From: a virus | Reading direction: 5' to 3' (one strand) | IMG/VR virus record: IMGVR_UViG_3300030104_003613 | DNA length: 64,000 bases | Shown: positions 17,736-26,219 of the stretch, piece by piece | How the letters are laid out: each line of letters starts with the position of its first letter | Numbering within the stretch: the stretch's first letter is position 1 | Program-made: the position numbers and the translations under genes | The notes under the pieces: generated by a model | Seen by the model: the letters and a program-made list of their open reading frames with translations, nothing else | The model's database searches: none | Told to the model about the DNA's origin: nothing

Positions 17736-18122
17736 CTAGCTATTATTATAGAGTTTCTCTAGGACTTCTTTGGCTTCATGAACAGAAGACAGATATCCCA
17801 TCTTCCTATCTAATTTAGCAAAGTTACCTTTGTTTGCTTTACGAGTGTAATCTTGATAGTACAGGATCATCTCGATATCTTCTGATTCAGACATCGTTAA
17901 GACATCTTCCAGATTCAAGATGAACATATCTTCTTTAGTTGTCTTTAACCATGGTTCAAAGTTATATCCTTGTACGTTCCCTCTAACTTTAATCTCTGAT
18001 ACTACAATGGGATTAGATACCAATAGCATGGTTCTTCCATCTTCCTCTGATGCTGCTACCTTACAGAAGATTTCATCACCACATTTAAGTTTAATTGTTG
18101 CGTAAAAGTCGTCTTCTATCAT
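17736..18122 (-). CDS. Conserved hypothetical protein, possible Sm-like fold
   Basis: YATIKLKCGDEIF...NPIVV...FEPWL; lies between uvsW and gp55. Confidence 0.85.
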   Translation of the reverse strand: MIEDDFYATIKLKCGDEIFCKVAASEEDGRTMLLVSNPIVVSEIKVRGNVQGYNFEPWLKTTKEDMFILNLEDVLTMSESEDIEMILYYQDYTRKANKGNFAKLDRKMGYLSSVHEAKEVLEKLYNNS

Positions 18123-18136
18123 ACGGTTCTCCTTTT

Positions 18137-19600
18137 CTAGTCTTTGATGTCAATTGATACGATGTCATAGTTGAATTCTTCTTGAACGTAAATCTTAACT
18201 CTTTCAATAAAATGGTTGAGTGTATAATTCTTTCTTGATCCGATTGTCAGATCATCAGCAATATCATAGAGTTTGGCACTTACTTTATCTTTGCCTTTGC
18301 GAAGGACTCTACCAATACTCTGCAGATTACGAATGCGAGATTTGGATGGAGAGGCAAAGATTACATTATGAAGATTTTTAATATTGATGCCTGTACTGAA
18401 TGTACCATAAGATGCGACAATGATTGCATCTTTTTGTTGTTCTGTAATCTCCCTTACTGACTCACGATCTTCAGCATCTACACCGCCGTGAACAAAGAAT
18501 ACTTTTCTTCCTTCACTGACATTTTTATTTATGAGGTTGTAAAGTATAGCACCATGTGCTTCCACACGACTGAATAGAATCAGAGTGTTACCTTTTAAAT
18601 CAATTGCTAGATTCTTAATGAAATTGTTTCTTTTTTCATGACCGATAAGGAACTGAATCTCATCTTCATAGGTATCAAACTTCTTGGGTTTATACTTAAG
18701 GACAAGACATTGAATATCAAGAGTGGCAAGGTGTCCCTCATCAATTAATTTCTTGGTTCCTGTTACTTTATATGATGGTCCGAAGAGTCCCTCTAACACC
18801 CACTTATGCGTCTGTGTGCCGTCTAACGTGCCTGTAAACCCATATCTATACTTTGCGTGATGTAACTTATCCATAATACCAACAAGAGACTTACTCTTGA
18901 AAAGGTGCGCCTCGTCACCAATGATTACATCATATTCTTCAAAGAATGTTCTATCTAACTGATAGACAGATTGCCAAGTAGTAATTGTCACCTCATTGGT
19001 ATTAACTCTTTCACGTCCAGCATAGATCCTATGGCAGTGATTCTCTGCTGCCCATCCATAGTCTTGAAAGTCTTTGAACATCTGTTCTACAAGTGATGTG
19101 GTAGGAACCACAAGCAAGATCTTTTTGCCAGCATTCACAAAGAATCTGACAATGGTGTAAATCATAAATGACTTACCAGATGCCGTAGGTGAGATAAGAA
19201 GTTTTCTATTATAACGTAGAGCATCAGACACTGCATCTATCTGATAATCTCTGGGTTTTAACGCTGTGATGGATGCCATAAAGTCTTTAACACCCTCTGG
19301 TGTTACCATCTCATTGACTTCAAATGGTAGACCGTAAAACTTATTCTTTGCGAACGTATAGGAATATCCTGACTTCTCACAGAAGGCAACTATCTTATCT
19401 AATAACCCAACATAAATTCTTTTTGTTCTAATATCAAACAGGTGAATTTCTCCGTTCCAATGCCTCTTGCGATATTGAGGCATGAACTTCATGTTGGGAA
19501 CTTCAAACGTAAACCTATCTCGTAGTTCGTATTCTACATGAGGTTCAGTGTGAATTTTAAGATATACTTCATTAACCTTTTCAATAACCAGGTCAGCCAT
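18137..19600 (-). CDS. uvsW: SF2 DNA helicase UvsW
   Basis: PRDYQ, SPTASGKS, DEAH, GTLDG, QSIGRVLR. Confidence 0.97.
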   Translation of the reverse strand: MADLVIEKVNEVYLKIHTEPHVEYELRDRFTFEVPNMKFMPQYRKRHWNGEIHLFDIRTKRIYVGLLDKIVAFCEKSGYSYTFAKNKFYGLPFEVNEMVTPEGVKDFMASITALKPRDYQIDAVSDALRYNRKLLISPTASGKSFMIYTIVRFFVNAGKKILLVVPTTSLVEQMFKDFQDYGWAAENHCHRIYAGRERVNTNEVTITTWQSVYQLDRTFFEEYDVIIGDEAHLFKSKSLVGIMDKLHHAKYRYGFTGTLDGTQTHKWVLEGLFGPSYKVTGTKKLIDEGHLATLDIQCLVLKYKPKKFDTYEDEIQFLIGHEKRNNFIKNLAIDLKGNTLILFSRVEAHGAILYNLINKNVSEGRKVFFVHGGVDAEDRESVREITEQQKDAIIVASYGTFSTGINIKNLHNVIFASPSKSRIRNLQSIGRVLRKGKDKVSAKLYDIADDLTIGSRKNYTLNHFIERVKIYVQEEFNYDIVSIDIKD

Positions 19601-19620
19601 AATATAATCTCACCTAGAGA

Positions 19621-19628
19621 TATTTATT
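19621..19628 (-). promoter_or_regulatory. Late promoter upstream of uvsW
   Basis: AATAAATA. Confidence 0.6.
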
Positions 19629-19815
19629 AGCTGTTTAAAAACTTGTGTTCTAAAATAATCCTATAGAAATGATCTCTCATAGCAAGTAAATCTTCTTGCT
19701 CCATAGGATCACCGCCAGACCATTTATTAGCAGCCTGTGATAATCCAGTGTGAATGACACGAACTGCCTCTATTGGCAATTCTAAACGATAATACTGATC
19801 GTCTTCTTCCATCAT
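19627..19815 (-). CDS. Hypothetical protein
   Basis: 62-aa ORF coupled to uvsY. Confidence 0.75.
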   Translation of the reverse strand: MMEEDDQYYRLELPIEAVRVIHTGLSQAANKWSGGDPMEQEDLLAMRDHFYRIILEHKFLNS

Positions 19816-20246
19816 CCTAGTCCTGAATTAAACCTCATGAATTCGATAGCGTTCTTAATCTGATATGTACGATTACCAACTTGTTTGAGTATCTCTTCTA
19901 GATATCTCAAAGTAGTTTCATAGTAATCGATTTTTAAACTGCAGTTAGATAACTTTTCATCAGCGTCAAGATACTTTTGCATTGTATCCTTGTCCCGTAT
20001 TTTCTTGGGGAAAGGATTTCTTATGTATACATCTGGGTCCGCTTTACCCGAGAAGTATTCGTATCTTTCATGTCTGATGTTCTTCCTCTGCTGCTCTGCC
20101 TTCTTGCGAAGGAGCATCACAGTGTTGTACATCTCATAATATTTAGCATGAAGGATAGGTATATTCAAAGATTCTGTGTGAAGATTATCAGGATCAATCT
20201 TTGAGTCACTTTCCCACATGGTTTGGATTGTTTCCAAATCAATCAT
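19812..20246 (-). CDS. uvsY: Recombination mediator UvsY
   Basis: DSKIDPDNL...IPILHAKY...YLDAD...RTYQIKNAIEF; gp3-uvsY-uvsW gene order. Confidence 0.92.
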   Translation of the reverse strand: MIDLETIQTMWESDSKIDPDNLHTESLNIPILHAKYYEMYNTVMLLRKKAEQQRKNIRHERYEYFSGKADPDVYIRNPFPKKIRDKDTMQKYLDADEKLSNCSLKIDYYETTLRYLEEILKQVGNRTYQIKNAIEFMRFNSGLG

Positions 20247-20249
20247 AAA

Positions 20250-20903
20250 TTAATCAGGGCAGCACCCCACCGATTCAATGTTGTATACATCATACTTGAA
20301 GGACACCTCTGCTGTAAAGTACTCCGTGTCCGCAAGTGTAGCGTCAAATTGAAGGGTTGTCAATGAATATGGAAACATATTTTCAAAGTGAACTTTAAAG
20401 TTTGGATTACTCAAGGAATCATATACAATCAACGTTCCATCAGAGTAGATGTTCATAGTTGATTGTAAGTCAGGTCTAGCAACACCCTCTGTTTCATCTT
20501 GGAAATCATAAATCTGTTCTAGAGATTCTGGGAATCCAATACCACGAATCCAATTCTGAACCTCAATGTAGTTCTCCATGTTCTCGTCAACCAAGAAACG
20601 AAGTGTCAGGTCACCAAACTCGATGATCTCACCGGGTACAGGTAAGTTCTTCAATGCTTGAGTAGGTTGAATCGTTGTACCAAGCAGTAAGTCGGGAATA
20701 TTAACAGCATTGCCAAAGAAAGCAATTTTAGGTGCCCTAGAAATAATCATCTGAAATCCAGAGGGTTGCAGGAAATTCTTATCCTGAATCTGTTTCAGTT
20801 TAGTTTTCCTAAACAGAGTGTTACCCCTGATAGGTTGTCTAATTCTAACTTGAGCGGCAGTGCTAGTAGATCTAATACTAGAACGCCTTGGATTTGTTGC
20901 CAT
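20250..20903 (-). CDS. gp3: Tail completion / tube terminator protein
   Basis: NFLQPSGF, PGEIIEFGDLTLRFLVDENMENY, SDGTL, FPYSL; basic N-terminal extension. Confidence 0.88.
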   Translation of the reverse strand: MATNPRRSSIRSTSTAAQVRIRQPIRGNTLFRKTKLKQIQDKNFLQPSGFQMIISRAPKIAFFGNAVNIPDLLLGTTIQPTQALKNLPVPGEIIEFGDLTLRFLVDENMENYIEVQNWIRGIGFPESLEQIYDFQDETEGVARPDLQSTMNIYSDGTLIVYDSLSNPNFKVHFENMFPYSLTTLQFDATLADTEYFTAEVSFKYDVYNIESVGCCPD

Positions 20904-20915
20904 ATCCTTTCTGAC

Positions 20916-20923
20916 TATTTATC
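20916..20923 (-). promoter_or_regulatory. Late promoter upstream of gp3
   Basis: GATAAATA immediately after a terminator. Confidence 0.65.
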
Positions 20924-21059
20924 AACAGCATAAAAAAGACCCCCCTTTGGGATCAAAGGAGGGATCGTATTCTGGTTCTCTGGGGTCAATACGAGGATCC
21001 CAGTAGTAGTACATACACTGATATAATCGCAGCGTCTTTAACGGTTTACTAAGTTTCAA
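20922..21059 (-). CDS. Small hypothetical protein (45 aa, TTG start)
   Basis: TATAAATA promoter and AAAGGAGA RBS, then MKLSKPLKTLRLYQCMYYYWDPRIDPREPEYDPSFDPKGGSFLCC. Confidence 0.55.
   Translation of the reverse strand: MKLSKPLKTLRLYQCMYYYWDPRIDPREPEYDPSFDPKGGSFLCC
20932..20966 (-). terminator. Rho-independent terminator
   Basis: GATCCCTCCTTTG...CAAAGGGGGGTC followed by TTTTTT. Confidence 0.7.
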
Positions 21060-21081
21060 AATTATCTCCTTTCTACTCGTT

Positions 21082-21089
21082 TATTTATA
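21082..21089 (-). promoter_or_regulatory. Late promoter
   Basis: TATAAATA. Confidence 0.7.
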
Positions 21090-21213
21090 ACATACCATAC
21101 AACATTATTAAGAAACAAATAATTGCGAAAGCAAGCAATCCAGCACAAGCAATTATTAATTGTTTTAATGTGGTACTCTCACCGTTTGGTTCATGATGTA
21201 AATGGTCAGACAT
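21085..21213 (-). CDS. Small single-pass membrane protein (42 aa)
   Basis: Manual translation MSDHLHHEPNGESTTLKQLIIACAGLLAFAIICFLIMLYGML, starting 3 nt after the psbN stop. Confidence 0.65.
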   Translation of the reverse strand: MSDHLHHEPNGESTTLKQLIIACAGLLAFAIICFLIMLYGML

Positions 21214-21216
21214 AAT

Positions 21217-21330
21217 TTAATGGTCGTGTTCATCAAATGAGTCATCCAATTGTTTGGATGGTGGTCCAAATGACAGGTAGATACCATACGCTGTCATTAC
21301 TACAACTATAGCACTAATCGTGGCAATCAT
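21217..21330 (-). CDS. psbN: Photosystem II assembly protein PsbN homologue (37 aa)
   Basis: Manual translation MIATISAIVVVMTAYGIYLSFGPPSKQLDDSFDEHDH: one TM helix plus the PsbN C-terminal signature (Y..FGPPS..L.DPF..H.D); ATGA-coupled to the upstream ORF. Confidence 0.88.
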   Translation of the reverse strand: MIATISAIVVVMTAYGIYLSFGPPSKQLDDSFDEHDH

Positions 21331-21515
21331 TGGTTCGTAAGTTTCTCAAGGTAATCTTTTGATACTAATTTACTTTCGTACCCAGGAAAGTATTCTTTCA
21401 CTTTAATTGGTACAGCCATAACTGTGGGCCAACCACTGGCGACATAGACGGAGACACTTTTTGTTTCTTCGTCAATGTGATGTGGCCATGGAAACTTTCT
21501 TTTTCTTCTACTCAT
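21327..21515 (-). CDS. Hypothetical protein (about 62 aa)
   Basis: Likely start MSRRKRKFPW overlapping the upstream stop. Confidence 0.7.
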   Translation of the reverse strand: MSRRKRKFPWPHHIDEETKSVSVYVASGWPTVMAVPIKVKEYFPGYESKLVSKDYLEKLTNQ

Positions 21516-22050
21516 AGGTAAATGTTTTGTTTTTAACTTTAGTGTCAAATTCACCAGTGCGTCCTGGTCTCATCTTCCCTACCTTAACATTCTTACCCTT
21601 ACCTGGCCAAGATGTTTTGGAAGTTCCTTTGAGTGTCGCAGATCCACCTTTCTTACGCTGGATTAGAACTGAATCTTGGTCATCTTTCCCTGACCCTGAT
21701 TTTACATTCTTTTTGCGTTTAAGTCCACCCTCTGTGCCCAGTTTCTCAACTGTCTTCTTGAACTTCCTCTTACCCATCTTGCCGGAAGAAACTACATGAG
21801 ACTTCTCTCCCACTTTCTTCTCCTTATCAGTTCCAGGATTCTCTGTGTACCTTCCAGAAACTTTTGTAGGACCAGGAAGACCAGCACCACGAATTCTTTT
21901 TTCAGTTCTCTTACTTCTTTCTTTATTCTCTTTGGATGACTTATCTCCACGTTGTCCAGATAGAATTGCCATTCCACCTTTTTCGGACTTGGAACGAATT
22001 CTATTCAGAGAAGTCTCTTGAAGTTCTACAAATTCTGCGAATGTTCTCAT
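21508..22050 (-). CDS. Lys/Arg-rich putative internal head protein
   Basis: N-terminus MRTFAEFVELQE resembles the T4 capsid-targeting sequence; very basic; has its own late promoter. Confidence 0.7.
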   Translation of the reverse strand: MRTFAEFVELQETSLNRIRSKSEKGGMAILSGQRGDKSSKENKERSKRTEKRIRGAGLPGPTKVSGRYTENPGTDKEKKVGEKSHVVSSGKMGKRKFKKTVEKLGTEGGLKRKKNVKSGSGKDDQDSVLIQRKKGGSATLKGTSKTSWPGKGKNVKVGKMRPGRTGEFDTKVKNKTFTYE

Positions 22051-22068
22051 TTTCCAAGACTTTCTAGT

Positions 22069-22076
22069 TATTTATA
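22069..22076 (-). promoter_or_regulatory. Late promoter
   Basis: TATAAATA immediately after the gp23 terminator. Confidence 0.8.
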
Positions 22077-22085
22077 ATTAGGCAT

Positions 22086-22110
22086 AAAAAAAGGAGACCC
22101 GAAGGTCTCC
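22086..22110 (-). terminator. gp23 terminator
   Basis: GGAGACC-TTCG-GGTCTCC followed by T7 (cUUCGg tetraloop). Confidence 0.92.
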
Positions 22111-22130
22111 TGGAAATATGTGAACCGAAA

Positions 22131-23564
22131 TCACATGAGGTTCTTAACGGCAACGCGACGATAGTAGCGGTTGCTGTTGATACGCAGTCTACCCAGACCT
22201 TGGGTAGTACCTTCAGCGAAGGGGTTAGCAACAATACCGTAGCGGGTCTTGAAGCCAATCTTGGGCTGGAAGGTGTCCTCTCCAACGGCGCGAACCATCT
22301 GAAGGGGAACATAGGGGCAATAGAACAGACCAGCGTCATAAGGTGAAGAACCCTTATAACCAACAACGTAGTACTGGTTGCCGCCGTTAGAAGCAGCGTT
22401 ACCGGTGCTCAGGTTGGCAGCATAGGGGTCAATGTAGACGCGGAACTTACCATTGATAGTGCCAGCGAAGGTGTTGCCGGTGTCATCAACGTTCAGGTTG
22501 CTGTTCAGAGCAGGGGTGTAATCCAGGATACCTGCCATGGTCAGTGCGGAGGCAACGTCTGCCGAGCACATGATCATGTTGCCCTTCCCTCTACGAGTTC
22601 TTTGTGCGATGGCGTTAGCATCACGCTCGATTTGGAAGAGGAGACCCTTGAACTTCTCAACGGACCAACGACCATTGGAGTCAACATCCAGGTCGAATAC
22701 ACCAGCAGTAGCGGTGTTAGAAACAGCGCCTTGCTCAGCAATCTTGTAGATCGTTCTGATGACTTCTCTGTTGATCTCAGCGAGGATTTCAGTAGAGAGG
22801 ATGTTAGCAAGTTCTGCTTCAGCGTTCAGACCGTGAATTGCCTTCAGGTCTTGTGCCAGTTCCAGGGAGTACTCTGCTTTCAGAGCTCTGGACTTAGCGG
22901 TAACAGTGACTTTCTCAATCGAGAATGCCATCTGGTTGAACTGGTTGCCAGTACCATTGCCCAGGTTCTCGGCGTCACCAGTAACCATACCCTGACCGAC
23001 ATTATAGGCGGTAGAGGTGGCGGTTCCGACAGGGTTGAGGACGGAAGGATTGGTGCCTGCACCTTGTGAGGTAGTACCAAGACCAACAGGACCGTCAGAG
23101 AAACCAGCGGTCAGATCGTTACCATCATCCTGACCGGAGAATGCGGTGTTAACTTCGTCATAGAAGGTCTCAGGACCACCTTGACGGGTGTAGCGGGAGC
23201 GCATTGCGAAGATCAGTCCAGTAGGACCGTTCATCGGTTGAACGCCAGCGAGGTCATATGCGACCAGGTTAGGCATTGCGCGTCTGATCAGGGAGATCAG
23301 AACAGGGTCGAAACCGGCAACAGGGCCAGCATCAGGAGCGCCAGCACCGAAACCACCAGAAGCACCAGCAGCATTACCTGCGTTGGTGGGGGTTTCCATC
23401 AGGTTCATACCTGACGAGAATGCGGCTTCTTCCTTAAGGAATTTCTCTTGGTTCTCAAGCAGGACAGCGGTTACGGCTCTTCTGTGATTGTCTTTGATTG
23501 AATCAAGACCCTCATAGTCGAGAAGAGGACTCCACTTTTCCTGCAGATGCTCGGATTGGAACAT
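22131..23564 (-). CDS. gp23: Major capsid protein
   Basis: LISLIRRAMPNLVAYDLAGVQPM, KSRALKAEYSLELAQDLKAIHGL, FQPKIGFKTRYG. Confidence 0.99.
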   Translation of the reverse strand: MFQSEHLQEKWSPLLDYEGLDSIKDNHRRAVTAVLLENQEKFLKEEAAFSSGMNLMETPTNAGNAAGASGGFGAGAPDAGPVAGFDPVLISLIRRAMPNLVAYDLAGVQPMNGPTGLIFAMRSRYTRQGGPETFYDEVNTAFSGQDDGNDLTAGFSDGPVGLGTTSQGAGTNPSVLNPVGTATSTAYNVGQGMVTGDAENLGNGTGNQFNQMAFSIEKVTVTAKSRALKAEYSLELAQDLKAIHGLNAEAELANILSTEILAEINREVIRTIYKIAEQGAVSNTATAGVFDLDVDSNGRWSVEKFKGLLFQIERDANAIAQRTRRGKGNMIMCSADVASALTMAGILDYTPALNSNLNVDDTGNTFAGTINGKFRVYIDPYAANLSTGNAASNGGNQYYVVGYKGSSPYDAGLFYCPYVPLQMVRAVGEDTFQPKIGFKTRYGIVANPFAEGTTQGLGRLRINSNRYYRRVAVKNLM

Positions 23565-23614
23565 TTGCTTTTACCTTTAAATTAACGTTATGTGTTTGTT
23601 TGAATTGATATAAT

Positions 23615-24682
23615 TCAAGAATTTCTAAACGCACCCAGTGCCTTCAGATATGAATCCATTCCTGCGGATACAGGAGCATCAGTCGTATCTACACCTTCGG
23701 AAAGGGTTTGAGGGGCGGATGCTTTAGCAGCAGGAGTGCCTCTGGAGAAGTATGACTCCTTCAAAGTTTCCAGCTTCTCACGATATTCGTCCTCACTTTC
23801 AAACTCAACACTTTCGGCAAGTGAAGCGAGCTTCTCTTTCTGAGTAGACGCGAGTCCTTCAGAAACTTGATCGATGATGACATCAGCAGTGGACTCGGCG
23901 AGTCTCTTATTCAGTCCGATGTTCTTGTCGATCTGCTCATTGAGCTTGGTTTCCATTTCATCAAGTTTTTCTACCATGCTTTCCAGCACATCATATTTCT
24001 CTTCAGGGATAGTTACATAATGTTCTTCAAAAAGACCCTTCATTCCAGAAAGGAATGATTCGGTCATTTCGGTCTTCAGACCAGCTTCGACAGCCAGTTC
24101 GTTCTCGGACATCCACTCTTGGCAGACATACTCAAGATACGCATCGACTCTCTCAGTCAAGGTGTCCTTAAGACCTTCCTTTTCTTCTTCTAGTCTAGCA
24201 GCGTACTGCTCTTCTAGAACGTCTTGGATTTCTCTGATCTTAGAATTAAGTGCGGCTTCAAAGATGACTTTCGCCTTTTCTCTGAATTCTTCGGAGAGTT
24301 CTTCGCCACCGAGCAGAGCGTTAACGTCTTCTTCAACGTCATACTCTTCTACAGTTTCTTCTTCCTCGGCAACGATTTCTTCAGTAGAAGTCTCCTCTTC
24401 TTCAAGAGTCTCCTCTTCTACCTCAGCTTCTTCGCCGTAGCTGCCTTTTTTAGATGAATCCATTGCGTCTGCCTTTTTAGCACCCTTGTTGACTACATCA
24501 GCGACAGTTTTGATCTTAGGCTCTTTGAGCTTTGCAGAATCATCATCGGGTTTGTAGTTCTCAGGGGTGGGTCCACCCAGATCCTCATAGGAACCTGAAA
24601 GACCTTCGCCCGTAAGACCCAACTTAGGCATTGGGTCAGCAGGTTTTGCGTTGGCATTCACAGCAGTTTTAGATTGCTCCAT
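23615..24682 (-). CDS. gp22: Prohead core scaffolding protein
   Basis: EDLGGPTPENY, LSEEFREKAKVIFEAAL, acidic coiled coil, KLETLKESYF. Confidence 0.93.
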   Translation of the reverse strand: MEQSKTAVNANAKPADPMPKLGLTGEGLSGSYEDLGGPTPENYKPDDDSAKLKEPKIKTVADVVNKGAKKADAMDSSKKGSYGEEAEVEEETLEEEETSTEEIVAEEEETVEEYDVEEDVNALLGGEELSEEFREKAKVIFEAALNSKIREIQDVLEEQYAARLEEEKEGLKDTLTERVDAYLEYVCQEWMSENELAVEAGLKTEMTESFLSGMKGLFEEHYVTIPEEKYDVLESMVEKLDEMETKLNEQIDKNIGLNKRLAESTADVIIDQVSEGLASTQKEKLASLAESVEFESEDEYREKLETLKESYFSRGTPAAKASAPQTLSEGVDTTDAPVSAGMDSYLKALGAFRNS

Positions 24683-24720
24683 TTCTTGTAAATCTCCGAA
24701 AATTAACCTTAATTAATCTA

Positions 24721-24732
24721 TATTTATTTATA
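24721..24732 (-). promoter_or_regulatory. Late promoter for gp22-gp23
   Basis: TATAAATAAATA (overlapping boxes). Confidence 0.75.
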
Positions 24733-24744
24733 AATTAGAATCTT

Positions 24745-25395
24745 TTACAGATTGTTCAGAAAATCATCAAAAAGTCTGATCTTCTGTTCGTCAAGTTGTT
24801 TTTGATCAACCAAGGTGTTGATCTGTTTGTATGTTTTGGCAGCTTGTTGTTCTCTTAAGATACCACCATCCCATACCCAGTTCTTCCCTTCCATGATTCC
24901 CTCAACAAAAGCGTCGGGGGCAGAAGGATCTGCTACAATATCAGCAGCAGTTGACAGCATAAAATCATCACCAACGATGTTTACGCCTTCTCTCGTTTGC
25001 TTGAGTGATCCGATGCCTCTAGAAGAAACACCAAGTTTAACTCCCTCGCTAATGAGAGACTCCGCAATCTTACCCATCGGAGTTGATAGGATCTTTGCCT
25101 TACCGATAAAATTGGTTCCGTTTTCCTTGAGCGAAACAATTTTGTGACTGACGCGATCCAGATTAACAGTCGGGCCATCTGGATGTCCGAGTTCTCCAAG
25201 AGCCCTCCCAGAATTGACGTGGTTTTCAGTATATCTTTGGACTTCTTTTCTCAAAGTCTCCATAGGATACATACGACCATTCCTGTTCTTGAGATCTCCC
25301 TGAAGGAAGATGCCCTCAATGAACATGTTCTTTTTACCGTTGCGTTCTTCAACGATAAAATCAACTGTTTCGATTTCTTCTCTGATGAGTTTCAT
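24745..25395 (-). CDS. gp21: Prohead protease
   Basis: IEGIFLQ, NRNGRMY, ALGELGHP, LGVSSRGIGS, DIVADPSAPDAFV. Confidence 0.97.
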   Translation of the reverse strand: MKLIREEIETVDFIVEERNGKKNMFIEGIFLQGDLKNRNGRMYPMETLRKEVQRYTENHVNSGRALGELGHPDGPTVNLDRVSHKIVSLKENGTNFIGKAKILSTPMGKIAESLISEGVKLGVSSRGIGSLKQTREGVNIVGDDFMLSTAADIVADPSAPDAFVEGIMEGKNWVWDGGILREQQAAKTYKQINTLVDQKQLDEQKIRLFDDFLNNL

Positions 25396-25400
25396 TGTTT

Positions 25401-25949
25401 TCAGGATACTTGTACTTGTTGGATATATGCTTTGCCAGTTCCAGCCTCTGCTAAAACAGCGACCTTAATTGACTTTCTCAATTGAGTCCAGTTGTTAGGA
25501 TCAAATGTATCTGTCACCGAGGATGTATCAACATCAACCACAATTCTCGTATTAAAGAAACCAACTTCACCAGGGGTGTTGTCGATAGATTTTACGATTT
25601 TGTGAGTAAAGTCAAAGTTAGATTGACCAGCAGACAAAGTGACTGCTTCACCTACGGCAAAAGGAGAACCTGTTCCCTCTGGGAAATCAATCGTTGTAGT
25701 AGTACCAGTAGTAATACCAACCACTCTTTGTGCTGACGCCTGCCCGATAGCAATTTCTTCAGCACCACCAGACACACCAACGTAAAAGTTTTCGTTAGTG
25801 GCAGTAGGATTAGTACCGATTGCGACATAGCAACCAACAGACTCCGCCAAGACTCTGATATTCTCAACCTGTTGTGAGAAAGCAGCGGATTGAGCAGACG
25901 AGTTAGATGTGGCAAGAACTGTGTTAATGCCTACTGGTTTGATGGCCAT
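25401..25949 (-). CDS. Conserved hypothetical (probable virion) protein
   Basis: 182-aa ORF between gp20 and gp21; late promoter AATAAATA at 25979-25986. Confidence 0.8.
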   Translation of the reverse strand: MAIKPVGINTVLATSNSSAQSAAFSQQVENIRVLAESVGCYVAIGTNPTATNENFYVGVSGGAEEIAIGQASAQRVVGITTGTTTTIDFPEGTGSPFAVGEAVTLSAGQSNFDFTHKIVKSIDNTPGEVGFFNTRIVVDVDTSSVTDTFDPNNWTQLRKSIKVAVLAEAGTGKAYIQQVQVS

Positions 25950-25984
25950 TATCTTAAATTACAATAAGTCCTAAACAATATTTA

Positions 25985-26191
25985 TTATACTTCTTCCTCT
26001 GGGGTATCATCTACTTCTACTTCTACCTCTTCTTCTTCCTCTACTTCAGGTTCGTCAAAGATAGATGCTGCCACTTGAGGGCGAATTTCTGTAATTCTGT
26101 CTGCTGATTTAGCAAAAAGAATATCTTTAATTTTGTCACTAATTTGAGCTGGAGACTCATCAGCAACAAGCAAATCCATTAATTCTTCCAT
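25985..26191 (-). CDS. Small acidic prohead-core-like protein (gp67 position)
   Basis: 68 aa with a Glu-rich tail, immediately after the portal gene. Confidence 0.7.
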   Translation of the reverse strand: MEELMDLLVADESPAQISDKIKDILFAKSADRITEIRPQVAASIFDEPEVEEEEEVEVEVDDTPEEEV

Positions 26192-26219
26192 TTTGTGTAA
26201 AATACTTGTGTGTTGTTAT

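Noticed and set aside
22064-22366. 100-aa alternative-frame ORF over the gp23 3' end
   Set aside because: It overlaps a highly conserved gene and runs through its terminator; no slippery site or RBS noticed.
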